A DNA stretch of 57,427 nucleotides from Octopus bimaculoides (taxonomy: Eukaryota). Below are positions 24,658-37,165 of this stretch, one piece after another. The DNA is taken from NCBI RefSeq assembly GCF_001194135.2, contig NC_068986.1:102763730-102821156 (forward strand), given 5' to 3'. Numbering within the stretch: the first letter of the stretch is position 1; each line of letters opens with the position of its first letter. The notes beneath the pieces are model-generated. The model did no database searches, was not told the origin of the DNA, and saw nothing but the letters and a program-made list of their open reading frames with translations. The position numbers and the translations under genes are program-made.

Positions 24658-25264
24658 TAAAATTATCATTCTTTTTATGTACACAGTTTTAATAATAAGG
24701 GCACTCAATAGACGCAATCCTCCGCAAAGGCAACACCAACCTCCACTAAATGATTAGTCAGAGACGATTTTTAATATGAGAATAACTGAAATAGACTCGA
24801 CTGCTCTCACAAACAAGAATACTAAAAATGTACCCAACCGTTCTCAAAAATTAAGTAAAATAACAGCAAAAATAATCCAGAATCCTTATCCGGTACCGCA
24901 TCGATCCCAACATCTAAACCGTTCGTGCCAGTCACGCGGCCAAACATCCCTGAAAGTTTTATCTGAATCCATGCAGTGGTTCTTGTGATATCTTGTCCAC
25001 GGACAAATAAACAAACGAATACGACTGAAAACAATACCTTCGCACTTATTAATCTACGTCGCTGTGAGCATGCGTATGCTTTGGTCGTATGAGAATGTGA
25101 GTGTCTGTATATTATTGAGACATTTCTGTATGTATATATATATATATATGTATTTACGTACGTGTGTATCTGCATATCTCCCACTCTGTGTGCATGTGTG
25201 TGTGTGTGTATGTGTGTGTGTGTCTCTGTGTGTGTGTGTCTGTGTGTGTGTGTGTACATATTCT

Positions 25265-25443
25265 CTTATCTGATTCAGTCGGTTGACTGTGGCCATGCAC
25301 GAACAACATTTTACTCGAACAAATTTATCCAAGGACTTATTCTTTGTAAGCCTAGTGCTTATTCTATCGTTTCTTTCTGCCGAACCACTAAGTCGCTGGG
25401 ATATAAACACGCCAGCATCGGTTGTCAAGCGATGATGACGAGA

Positions 25444-25480
<37 letters not shown>

Positions 25481-25630
25481 TTCAGTTTCTGTCTACCAAA
25501 TTTATTCACAAGTCTTTGGTTGGCCAAAAGCTATAGTAGAAAACACTTGCCCAAGGTGCCACGCAGTGGGACTGAACCCGCAACCCCTGTGGTTGTTATG
25601 CATGCTACTTACCACACAGCCACTCTTGCA
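25265..25630 (-). mobile_element. Full-length CORE-like SINE (family B) with internal (CA)n
   Basis: Tail, (CA)n, CACTTGCCCAAGGTGCCACGCAGTGGGACTGAACCC, and head TTACCACACAGCCACTCTTGC. Confidence 0.9.
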
Positions 25631-25685
25631 TACACATACATACAGGCATATGTATGTGTTTGTGTGTATTTCACTGCGTGCTTGT

Positions 25686-25731
<46 letters not shown>

Positions 25732-26084
25732 ATGCATCTTCGCGCGCGTGCCTGTCCGTCTGAAGGACAATCTAATAATTTGAATTTCTGAAGGTAATTT
25801 CGAAAGAAATCATTCAACGTTTACGGACTGGCAAATCTATTTGATAACAAACTGTTTAAGTTTTTGCGGTTTCAATTTTCTGACATTGATTCGTTGTCAA
25901 TATTAAAATCCTGTCATCTCGTGGAATTGTCTTCGCAATAACAAGAACTTCTAATTACTTATTTAATTTTCTCAGGTATTGTGTATTTGTCGAAGTCTAA
26001 ATATTTGCTGTACATCTCGAGTCTCCGGAGTAAAAAGTAAGTAGCCATTATAAAAGAAACTTATTGCTTACATTAGTGGTTTCC

Positions 26085-27750
26085 AAGCTATTGTCTGTAG
26101 ACCCCTGGTGGTCCGCAAAGGTAGTAGGGGGGGGGGCCGAAAACTAAATTCAAAATTTCATATATACATTATATATATATTCTTTCACAAGAAGAAGGCA
26201 CAACAAATCTGAAATTGATACGGGATTTGTAACTTGAACAAACGTCTCTACCAACATGGTTGTGAAAATCTGCAAATGATTATGAGAGGAGGACATTGAT
26301 ATTCCAGCTCCTAGTCAGCAAGGCATTTACAAAATGACCCGTTCAACAAAGCTGGTGAAAAGGAGAAACACTTGATTGATACGCTACACAATCAGAAACG
26401 GAGCCTGCATTTCCATGGTAAACATATTGATGGAAATGAATATCAAGCGCTTGTCATCACGAATGAAACACGTGAAATCAAGCTGGCTGCTCTGAAGGTG
26501 TGTGATGGCAAGTGTCAGACCATTTCAGAAAGAGTGAAAAGCGTCTCGGACGAATTTCACTAATGAGGTGCAATCTCAATGATTGTTGATGATACGACGA
26601 GTGTGAACACAGGACGAAAGAGTGGAGTAGTGGTTAGACTGCAGACAATGTTCTTGAGCAAAGGCTATGACAAGCCAGAGTTTGTGAGCTGCTAACACCA
26701 TGTCTTGAACAGAATCATGCACATTATTATGGAAGAGGGGCTAACAAGCGCAAGCAATTCACTGAACGTCGAATATTTTCTTGTCAGAGAACTCATGACA
26801 AATTACGAAGAACTTCAAGGCACATTCCAGAATGGAACTCATTATTGAAGATTAAGGTGTTTGGAGAGATGATAGGAAGTTTCTGTTCCACTTAACCTTT
26901 ACCTTCAGGTATTTACATGAAGAGCGAGACATACCTTTCATCAAGTTTCACAAAATTTCGAACATCAGTAATACGAGATGGAATTCGCAAACAATCTTAT
27001 CCCTTCTTACATTTTTCTTCATGCCACATGTGAGAGATTGCTGATGGTCTACCAGTTTCTCACATGCGACTGGACAGATCACTGATTCAGTGACCAAGCG
27101 TATAGAGCTTAAGATTAGGCAGAGCTATCGCAAGCTTTACTATCATATCCTCTGTAAAACTCAGCATCTTGCGGTCATCTTTCCCAACCTCATCCCATAC
27201 TGCTTGCCAAAGATTTCTAACAGCATTTACTAAGACATCTGAAGATGATGCAATGCAGCTATTTAATGCATTACCTTTTTATGAAGCATACAATTAGTAT
27301 TTCATCCTCATTGAAAGGACACAAGAAGAACTCCATCCTACAATGTTTTACATCAACAGCTTGGACCTTGCCATTCTGCATTTAGAATTGGCGATTCAGC
27401 TCTTTCATCATTTATATTGTTCATGAAGCCTAATACCCTGGAAACAATCCAAATATAGACAAATACCGAAGTAACTTGGTGTCTATAAAGATAAGTGAAT
27501 AGAAATATTTTCTACTGAATTTAGAAAGTCTATTGATTTGATAACACTGATCAACAAAATTCGCACTTTTTACTGTCCCATGAACTAAAGAAGGAGAACT
27601 GTATAGTACTTTTAACGCAGATTTCGAAACTGTTTTTAGAATTTTTCTATCGAACATGGTTTTTATGTGACCGAATAATTAATTTATCCAACAAATGTAC
27701 TATATTAATGCAGACGTAAGGCTGACAGTTATAATTGGTCCGCACAATTT
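26085..27750 (+). mobile_element. Degenerate hAT-like DDE transposon
   Basis: Stop-interrupted peptide SLHFHGK...MIVDDTTSVNTGRKSGVVVRL...SC*HHVLNRIM...WRDDRKFLFHL...ISNTRWNSQTI, showing DTTxxNTG, CxHH and RWNS motifs. Boundaries are approximate. Confidence 0.75.
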
Positions 27751-27849
27751 TTTTTTCTGTGCGTCATAGTGTTTCTGTGATAGCATATGTAAATTGTTAA
27801 ATAATTGTATTTCATGAATTCAAAAATCAGGCTGATAATACAAGGAAAC

Positions 27850-29160
27850 TTACCTTTACAATGTAGAGGCCTATGTATTTAGCTTCTGGAATGATCAACA
27901 ACAATCAGGCAACATAGAAGATCCCCACTTTCTTGGTACCTAGTTTCTATGGTCAGAATATCTTGCTGAAAACTCTCGCCGTGCTTGTCACTGATGGCCA
28001 CAAGATTTGTAGGGAGAAATTCCGAGTGAGAATTCAAGAAGTGGATTTTAGACTCATATTGTATCTCAAGGCGTTGTAAGATGTTCGTAGTTCTTTCACA
28101 ATGTCAGAATAGTTCTCTGTTCCAAGATCCCTCCAAAACTCACTGCAAAATTTCTTAAATGACAGCCACGCAGCTTTTGCAACATCATTGACCTCTTCAC
28201 CACACTCTTGGCCTTTCATCAGTTTTCTTATATGTAGCCCCCCCCCCAAATACCCTCCTTGATTTTGAGTCGTTTACTCTTGAAAATATAGTTTTCAAAA
28301 ACACGAATCTCTTGCAAGTATTATCTATAGCACATTCTATTTTTGTTCCTTATATATAATTTTTTGTAACAGAAACTTCATGCTCTCAGATGATTCTGTT
28401 ATGTTAGCTGCATGGGCCAGTAGAACAGACGGACACCTATCTCCATTGTGGAGTAAAACTGCTTTGAAGCTTCATTTTGACGAGTTAATAAACAAACGCC
28501 ACTAATTCCTGCTATATTTGTGATTAAGTTCTTCCATAACATCGTTACAAAACATCACACCATCTTCAAGTGAGAAAAGGATTTTCAAAATCACAGTGCC
28601 AAGCACTATCAGCACTAACTTTATTCTCTTTCAGGAGAAGGTTCCAGCCCTTTAACCTGAAACCAAGAAGTTCAGCTTGCTTTTTATACAAGTTTAAATC
28701 CCGCAAAAGATCGTTCAGATCTACCTGACTCAACAAATGTGTTCACTTGAAGAATAGTTAGGCTCAAAGTTTATGTCATTACTTGACTCATCGTCACTAA
28801 GTGTCATTTGCTTTGGAGGGCCAGGTACAGATAAGTGTTGTCTGGGAAGTACTGATCTCATAGCAGATTGTAAATTAAGATATTCTACAGTATGCTTGGA
28901 TTTTGATGTTATAACTTGTATATTCGTCAATCATAAGTAGCAATCTGAACTGTGATATTTGACTTCTCTCCAAATCATAGGGATGGCAAAGAGCATATGG
29001 CATGAACATTTGCCCCATGCAGTGAGTAGCCTTATACAGGTTAGACAACACACATGAGGGGCTAAGTTTTCATCCTTGTTCCACAGAGCTGAAGAGATAA
29101 TGTCGCTGTAAATGAGAAATTTACAAAACCCTGAATAGAATGACCACACAACGGACGACC
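27850..29160 (-). mobile_element. Degenerate Chapaev3-like (CMC superfamily) transposase
   Basis: N-terminal APHVCCLTC...FAIPMIWREVKYHSSDCY and C-terminal AAWLSFKKF...NYSDIVKEL...NMSLKIHFLNSHSEFLPTNLVAISDKHGESFQQDI...RYQ. The transposase call is firm; the Chapaev3 name is from recall and needs a search. Confidence 0.7.
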
Positions 29161-29173
29161 GTATGACTTCCAG

Positions 29174-29226
<53 letters not shown>

Positions 29227-29244
29227 CATGTATATAAGTATGTA

Positions 29245-29380
29245 TTTGTGTGTCGATGTTTGTCCTACCAATATCGTCTGACAACCGATGTGGGTGTGTT
29301 TATGTACCCCGCTCTACTAAAGGCAGTGCTCCGGCATGGTCGCAGTCAAATGACTGAAACAAGTAAAAGAATAAACGAAT
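29245..29380 (+). mobile_element. SINE family B 3' tail, internally deleted
   Basis: TGACAACCGATGTGGGTGTGTTTATGT...CTAAAGGCAGTGCTCCGGCATGGTCGCAGTCAAATGACTGAAACAAGTAAAAGAATA. Confidence 0.85.
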
Positions 29381-29959
29381 ATATGCACAAGCACACACAC
29401 ATATGACTCATACATAAGCACATACGCACACACACACACGTATAAACACAGACGCATAGAAGCATCTCTCATAAAGAATGAGACAGTGATTCGCCATTGC
29501 TTAGTCAATAAAATCATAGAGAACTCCAAAGTCATGGCGAGATACTTCAGCACAAATTATAAGTGCAGTCGTTATGAATTACTTTTAATATTTCTTCATT
29601 TTATGTATTGCCATCTTGGAAATGCTTGCTAAGTATTCATAACAATGATATCTATATTCTATAAGAAATAAAACTACAAAACATACACAGAAAAGTTTTC
29701 GAAATTGTTGCATCATCTCGTCTTAATACAATTGGAGTGTTCTTGTCACATGGCAAACTTTTGAATATATCTCTCATTAATTTGAGAGATATTTTATGTG
29801 CTGAATTTACCCTGAATCATTATTTCAATTGAAAATGTATTCATTTTGTTATACCCAGTTATGTTTCTAGATTTCCGGAGAAATCTAAAAAGCCGGTTTC
29901 TAACTTAGTTCAAAATCGCCTTCCCCGGAGTTTTAAATAACATGAATTAGGTATGTGCA

Positions 29960-30465
29960 TGTTTGCCTGTATATGTGCACTACTTGGAGTCACTGCATTT
30001 TCATGCATATTGTTGCATGTCGAGACGTGGGCGTTATATACATAATTAGTAAACTTTTGGAATTTTTAACAAATTTTGACAATTTCACTGATGGCTTGTG
30101 TCTGTAATCTTCTAATTAGCTTTCTCTTTTCTGGTTTTGTGAAGCCTAATTTCTCAAGATTAATTTTGAGGCAGTTTCTTACATATACTTGTAACCCAAT
30201 AATTACATCAAGAGTAGTGTAAACTTCTCAGCAGTGCAGGGTAACTTTTTTCCTTCATCTTTAGCTTTAAGTTGAGATCCGTGGGCAACTAATTTCACAC
30301 AATGAGCAAAGCTTCTCTTCCTCGTCCCGAATCACAATGTCTGGTCTGCTACGCTTGCCTTTTTTTGCAGTTTTCTTCACCACATACCATCGCTATGTAT
30401 TCATATGAAAAGTGGTTATGGCCACCACCGGACTGTAAGCTTTTGTATGTTTGGCCGCAAGATTA
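29960..30465 (-). mobile_element. 3' fragment of RLE-type (R4/NeSL-like) non-LTR retrotransposon
   Basis: KTAKKGKRSRPDIVIRDEEEKLCSLCEISCP (PD-(D/E)xK-type nuclease, RPDIVI at 30330-30347), then VIIGLQ...NLEKLGFTKPEKRKLIRRLQTQAIS...VKIC. Confidence 0.75.
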
Positions 30466-30824
30466 CGTATGTATGTATGTATGTAGGTGGGTAAGTATAT
30501 ACGCGTGTTCATGAACGTAGAGTAATATACTATGAGTAAATGAGAGTGTGTACATGCGTAAGTACGTGCATGTGTGTGTGTGTTTATCTGTGTCTGTGAT
30601 TGTGTTTGTGTGCTTGATTATGTGTTCATATGTGTACGTGTGACGGTTTATGATTTGTTGGTTGAATGAGACAGGAGTGCTGAATACGGACTGAAAATGT
30701 CATGGTTATTGAAAATGTTATGTGTTTCTTTCGATTTGCGGCACAAATTTTCAATAAAATTATTTGTATGTTTATGGTAATCAATAAAATGTAGGTAAAG
30801 AAAAACACGTATATGTACAACCTA

Positions 30825-31300
30825 TACTCGTTTACTCTTTTACTTGTTTCAGTTATTTGACAGTGGCCATGCTGGAGCACCGGCTTTAGTGGAAGGAATT
30901 TCCCCCAGGACTTATTCGTTGTAAGCCTAGTACTTATTCTATCGGTTTCTTTTGATGAGCCACTAAGCTACGGAGACGTAAACAGACCAGCATCGGTTGA
31001 CAAGCGATGTTGGGGGACAAACACAGACATACAAGAATATATATATATATATATATATACGACAGGCTTCCTTCAGTTTCCGTCTACCAAATCCACTCAC
31101 AAGACTTTGGTCGGCNNNNNNNNNNATATATATATATACGACAGGCTTCCTTCAGTTTCCGTCTACCAAATCCACTCACAAGACTTTGGTCGGCCCGAGG
31201 TTATGGTAGAAGACACTTGCCCAAGGTGCCACGCAATCCAACTGAACTCAGAACCATGTGGTTGGTAAGCAAGCTACTTACCACACAGCCATTCCTGTGT
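30825..31300 (-). mobile_element. Full-length CORE-like SINE (family B), containing a gap-flanking duplication
   Basis: Tail, (TA)n, core and head all present; about 67 bp is repeated on both sides of the 10-N gap. Confidence 0.9.
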
Positions 31301-31409
31301 CTATACATAGACTCACGCACACACACCTTCTCTCTGTCTTTCTATCTATCTCTACCTCTCTCATACACACGTATACATAAATCTATAAATTTTTGTTTTA
31401 TGTGTGAGT

Positions 31410-31610
31410 TTTTTCCACAATATTGTTTAACAACAGATGTTGATGTGTTTATGTTCTCGTAAATTAGCGGTTCGGGTAACGAGAGCGATAAAATAAGTAC
31501 CAGGATTTAAAAAAAATAAGCTCCGGGTTCGATTCAGCGGATTAAAATTCTTCAGGACGGTGTTCCAAGATGGTCACTGTCTAATGAGTGAAGCAAGTAA
31601 GAGGTAAAAG
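31410..31610 (+). mobile_element. Older SINE family B tail
   Basis: GATGTTGATGTGTTTATGTTCTCGTAAATTAGCGGTTCGG...ATAAGTACCAGG. Confidence 0.7.
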
Positions 31611-31662
31611 TTGAGGTATTTTTTCTATTTGGAAAAAGAAAGTAAAATCATCGTGTGTGTGT

Positions 31663-31699
<37 letters not shown>

Positions 31700-34071
31700 T
31701 GTGTTTATGTTTGTGTGTGTGTGTGTATGTGTGTGTGTGTGTGTGTGTGTGTTAGAGAGAGATAGAGAACGGGGAGAGACGGAGAGAGGGAGAGAAAGGG
31801 AAAGAGAAAATGAGAGAATGAGAGCTATGTAAGATTTTTTTTTCTAGGATTTAAATGATCTTTCTGGTTTTGCACTTGAAATCTATCTTTCACTTAATTG
31901 GTATAATGGCAAATTTGCTTCATCAATCCTTCTGCATTTTGTTTTTGTTTCAATATCTTCGTTTCCATGATTTCTCTTTTATTTGTCTCCTATTTTTACT
32001 GCTTGTTCTAGCGGCGCAAAGCATTGAAATCTTAGACAAGTCATTGAAAATTGAAATTTGTATTATATGGAAAAAAAGTATATATAATATTTATTTTATT
32101 TTTACTTGGTTTACGGATTAACTATTCTGTTTTTGTTCTAAAAAATAGAACTTGAATGCATTGTATGTTGCCAATGCTTTTAAATGAATTCTGAATTAAT
32201 GTGATAATTTTTGAACAAAGTTAAAATACGAATACATAAAAAGAAATCACTTAACAAGTTTCTCATTAATTCAATAGGAATAAAAATATCAAATACAAAA
32301 CAAAAATAGAATATTCACTAGACAACAAATGATCAAATGCTCTAATGTTCATGGACATTTTGTAATGTTATCTGGACGTTATATTGAATATTATAAAATT
32401 AGAACTAAAACCACTTCAATGTTTTATAGATTAATATTCCCACGCCCAGACCTTCTCCCCCAAGCCAACGGTAAAATTCAAAATGAATGTGTAATAAAAT
32501 GTTGAGCTCTACTAAAGAAATATTGCAGAGTTGAATTAATTTCCAGTTCAACTGTGTTTTCTTTCAACTACTTTTCATGTGTGTATATGCATGCATATAT
32601 ACATGTGTGTGCATGCGCGTGCCTGTGTGCATGTGTATTTCTCTCATAGCACCAGTAAGAATAATATTTTAAAAAAAACAGTTTAGTGGAGCGCATAGAA
32701 AGCCACGGCGCTACCATACGTAAATCCTCTTTGATTGCGCCTAGATTTAAGTTAGCCATTATAGCCATTTATTTCCTTTTATTTATATATTTATTTATTA
32801 TTCATTATATATGTTTGTAGCAGTTGTTTAAGCTGTTATTGTCCATGTTGCTAATATTTTATTATTTGTTGTTGTTGCTGCGACTACTGCTACTGCTGCT
32901 ACTGTTGTTGTTGTTGTTTTTGTTATTGTTGACATTATTGTTGTTTATTGTTGTTACAGTATTCCATTATTCCTTCGTTTTATTGGTTTTGTTATCTCAG
33001 GAGAGAATTGAACTATATATACAAATATATACACTCACTCACACATAAGTATATAAATATGTTTTTATACACACATACATACACACAAACTCACACGCAC
33101 ACACACACACACATATACACTCAAACACACATACACATATAAATATATTATACATACACCCATATATGTATATATACAACTATATAGAAACATGTATATA
33201 TATGTATGCATGCACACACGTATATATACATATATATACACATATATATATATATATACTTATATATANNNNNNNNNNNNNNNNNNNNNNNNNNNNNNNN
33301 NNNNNNNNNNNNNNNNNNNNNNNNNNNNNNNNNNNNNNNNNNNNNNNNNNNNNNNNNNNNNNNNNNNNNNNNNNNNNNNNNNNNNNNNNNNNNNNNNNNN
33401 NNNNNNNNNNNNNNNNNNNNNNNNNNNNNNNNNNNNNNNNNNNNNNNNNNNNNNNNNNNNNNNNNNNNNNNNNNNNNNNNNNNNNNNNNNNNNNNNNNNN
33501 NNNNNNNNNNNNNNNNNNNNNNNNNNNNNNNNNNNNNNNNNNNNNNNNNNNNNNNNNNNNNNNNNNNNNNNNNNNNNNNNNNNNNNNNNNNNNNNNNNNN
33601 NNNNNNNNNNNNNNNNNNNNNNNNNNNNNNNNNNNNNNNNNNNNNNNNNNNNNNNNNNNNNNNNNNNNNNNNNNNNNNNNNNNNNNNNNNNNNNNNNNNN
33701 NNNNNNNNNNNNNNNNNNNNNNNNNNNNNNNNNNNNNNNNNNNNNNNNNNNNNNNNNNNNNNNNNNNNNNNNNNNNNNNNNNNNNNNNNNNNNNNNNNNN
33801 NNNNNNNNNNNNNNNNNNNNNNNNNNNNNNNNNNNNNNNNNNNNNNNNNNNNNNNNNNNNNNNNNNNNNNNNNNNNNNNNNNNNNNNNNNNNNNNNNNNN
33901 NNNNNNNNNNNNNNNNNNNNNNNNNNNNNNNNNNNNNNNNNNNNNNNNNNNNNNNNNNNNNNNNNNNNNNNNNNNNNNNNNNNNNNNNNNNNNNNNNNNN
34001 NNNNNNNNNNNNNNNNNNNNNNNNNNNNNNNNNNNNNNNNNNNNNNNNNNNNNNNNNNNNNNNNNNNNNNN

Positions 34072-34089
34072 ACGACGCTCTTCCGATCT
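34072..34089 (+). other. Illumina adapter remnant
   Basis: ACGACGCTCTTCCGATCT, the 3' end of the TruSeq read-1 primer/adapter, directly after an N-gap. Confidence 0.95.
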
Positions 34090-34699
34090 AATTAAAAACA
34101 ACGCAGACATTTAGCCTCATGTTTCCGTAAACAATGCTTTCATGTCCCTTCTTTTATCCATATTTTATCTATAATTTTGTTGAAAATACATACATTTCTT
34201 ATTGATATTGATAGTTTTCAAGTCGAATTTTCTAATACAACAAAAACATTAGCTTTACATACAACTACTTCACACTATATACACAAATTATAATATTCAA
34301 TATGTTATATATTGCAGTAAGATAACATTAATGTTCTTTAGGTTAATTATGTTTTATTCCTCTAATTGATAAATCATTAAGTGTATCATAAATACTATGG
34401 TAATATGTAATCTCGTTCATATTCTTTCTCTCTCATCATGTATATGCCTATGTGTGGGTGTTTGCAGAATGTTTGCGTCTTAAGTGTACGTATATGTTTA
34501 TATTTGTGCCTAAATGATATCATATCTCTATGTACCTATGTCCATCTATCTATCCATTTGTCTGTCTATCTGTCTATGTATTCATCTGTTAATAAACGAG
34601 CGTCTGTTTGCATGTATGTATGTATGTATGTATACATGGATGGATGGATGGATGGATGGGTGGATGGATTGATGGATCGGTGGGTGGATGGATGAATAT

Positions 34700-34855
34700 A
34701 TGGGTGTGTGTTGTGAAGTTCGCTTCCCAACGACATAAGTCCCTGTTCACTCCGACTGCAGGACAGTTTGAGCAAGTGTCTTCTACTACAGTCTCGGATC
34801 TCCCAAATCCCTGTGGACGGATTTGTTAGATGGAAATTGAAAGCGACTGGCATAT
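34700..34855 (+). mobile_element. Old SINE family B head and core
   Basis: TTTGAGCAAGTGTCTTCTACTACAGTCTCGG...GGATTTGTTAGATGGAAATTGAAAG. Confidence 0.65.
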
Positions 34856-34910
34856 GTATCTATCGATACATATATAGGTATTTATTGTTTCATGTATATG
34901 TGTCTATCGA

Positions 34911-34960
<50 letters not shown>

Positions 34961-35404
34961 NNNNNNNNNNNNNNNNNNNNNNNNNNNNNNNNNNNNNNNN
35001 NNNNNNNNNNNNNNNNNNNNNNNNNNNNNNNNNNNNNNNNNNNNNNNNNNNNNNNNNNNNNNNNNNNNNNNNNNNNNNNNNNNNNNNNNNNNNNNNNNNN
35101 NNNNNNNNNNNNNNNNNNNNNNNNNNNNNNNNNNNNNNNNNNNNNNNNNNNNNNNNNNNNNNNNNNNNNNNNNNNNNNNNNNNNNNNNNNNNNNNNNNNN
35201 NNNNNNNNNNNNNNNNNNNNNNNNNNNNNNNNNNNNNNNNNNNNNNNNNNNNNNNNNNNNNNNNNNNNNNNNNNNNNNNNNNNNNNNNNNNNNNNNNNNN
35301 NNNNNNNNNNNNNNNNNNNNNNNNNNNNNNNNNNNNNNNNNNNNNNNNNNNNNNNNNNNNNNNNNNNNNNNNNNNNNNNNNNNNNNNNNNNNTATATATA
35401 TATG

Positions 35405-35555
35405 ATTCCAGGTAAAAGAATCATAGGTAAAAGTGTCACAGGAAAAAGGTCACAGGGGTTCTGTCCGGGGATAGTTTTGTCCGAAGGATTTTGTCTTTGT
35501 AGGGTTTTGTCCGCATCCTATGAATTAATTTCCTGTGACTTTACTACCTGTCACC
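35405..35555. repeat. Small inverted-repeat element with internal (GG.TTTTGTCC) repeats
   Basis: GTCACAGGAAA near the left end is complemented by TTTCCTGTGAC near the right end, with four internal TTTTGTC/TTCTGTC units. Confidence 0.5.
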
Positions 35556-35664
35556 ATATATATATATAAGTGTCCGTGTGTATGTGTGTGTGCGTGTGTG
35601 TCTGTGTGTGTTTATGTGTGTTTATGTGTGTATGTATGTTTGTATGTATGTATGTATGTATGTA

Positions 35665-36298
35665 TTGGGTCTTCCCATAAATAATGCGGTTTTTTATAAT
35701 TTTATTTTTCAAAATTAAGATAAACGAATTTCTTTCAAAATCTAAAATATACTCTCCTTCCTTTTCGTCACTGTTCTTCGATCTATCTGGTAGACTTGCA
35801 AGGCCTCTCTTCCAAAATTCGTTTGTCCGTGACGAAAAATACTCCTCCATTACTATTCTGACCTTGTCTACAGAATGCATATGATTATCAGATGGGGCAA
35901 TATCCAGTGAATATGGTGCGTGTGGCATCGTTTCCCATTTAAACTGCTCCAGCCTTTGGAATGTCATCCTCGCTGTATGCGGATGAGCATGTTCCTGATG
36001 GAAGAACTCCTTTTATCTTGAAACCAATGATGGTCGTGTTCCTTCTAGCGCTGATTTAAACCTCTGAATCTGCTCGGAGCAGATCTTGTTTGTTATCGCG
36101 TCGTTGGGGTTTAAAAGTTGAAAGTGACTAAAGCGGTCATATCCCACCAAACAGATAACAATACCTTACGTGGGTGAAAACATACTTTAGCCTGGGATGC
36201 CGATGTTTCTCCTTTCCCAACTCATTGTTTTCGGTGCTTGACATTTTTTATTGAGAACCCATTTCTCGTCATCAGTTACTAATCGAATTATTAACCCT
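35665..36298 (-). mobile_element. mariner 3' half with right TIR
   Basis: TA plus TIR TTGGGTCTTCCCATAAATAATGCGG; minus peptides VTDDEKWVL, VLLSVWWD and HAPYSLDIAPSD. Confidence 0.9.
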
Positions 36299-36302
36299 GA
36301 AT

Positions 36303-37165
36303 TATGAACATGACAAAAAAGAATCTTCGATTATTTTCTTGCATGTCTTCAAGCTTGGGCACCATGCATCTTAAACTGCTGCCAATATCAACACAGCATG
36401 GGGAAAGGTGTCCACAAATGATGGCACAGTACGAAGGTGGTTTCAGAAATCCCGTAATGGATATGACAATCTTGAAGTTGAAGAAGATAGAGGACGGTCA
36501 TGCAGTTTTTACAATGAACAATTGAAAGCAATTGTTGAACAAAACCCACGTCAAAGTCTCAGAGAAATGTCTCAAGCACTTGGTGTCCGTATTGCAACGG
36601 TCTCACGCAATCTGCAGAATACTGGTAAGGTTAAATAAGCTCATAAATGGGTACCACATGAGCTCAATGAAAATCAAAAAGCTCGGCGTCTTGAAGTGTG
36701 CTCGATGCACTTTCTGCGAAACACCAATGATCCTTTTCCTAAGCGAATAGACACCTGCGACAAAAAGTGAATCCTTTATGATTACCGTAAATGATCAGGT
36801 CAATGGCTTGATCGTGATGAGTCCCGCAAACATTTCCCAAAGTTGCATCAGCAAAAGATTATGGTGACTGTCTGGTGATCTGCAATTGGTATTGTCCATT
36901 ACAGCTTCCTGGAAGCCGATCAGAGCATTAGAGAAGAGGTTTACTGCAATCAACTCACTGAAATCCATGCTCACTTTCAAAAAATGAGACCTGCATTGGT
37001 GAATCGGCGTCGCCCAATGCTGCTCCGCAATAATACAAAGCCACATGTTACAAGAATTACGTTCCAAAAACTCACAGACTTGGGATACGAGACTTTAGCA
37101 CATCCTCCATATTCTCCTGATCTTTCATCTACTGACTAGCATTTTATAAGCGTTTAAACACGCTT
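36303..37165 (+). mobile_element. Degenerate mariner transposase (Hsmar1-like), TIRs missing
   Basis: TVRRWFQK...KWVPHELNENQKARRLEVCS...MVTVW...HPPYSPDLSSTD, with several in-frame stops. Confidence 0.92.
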
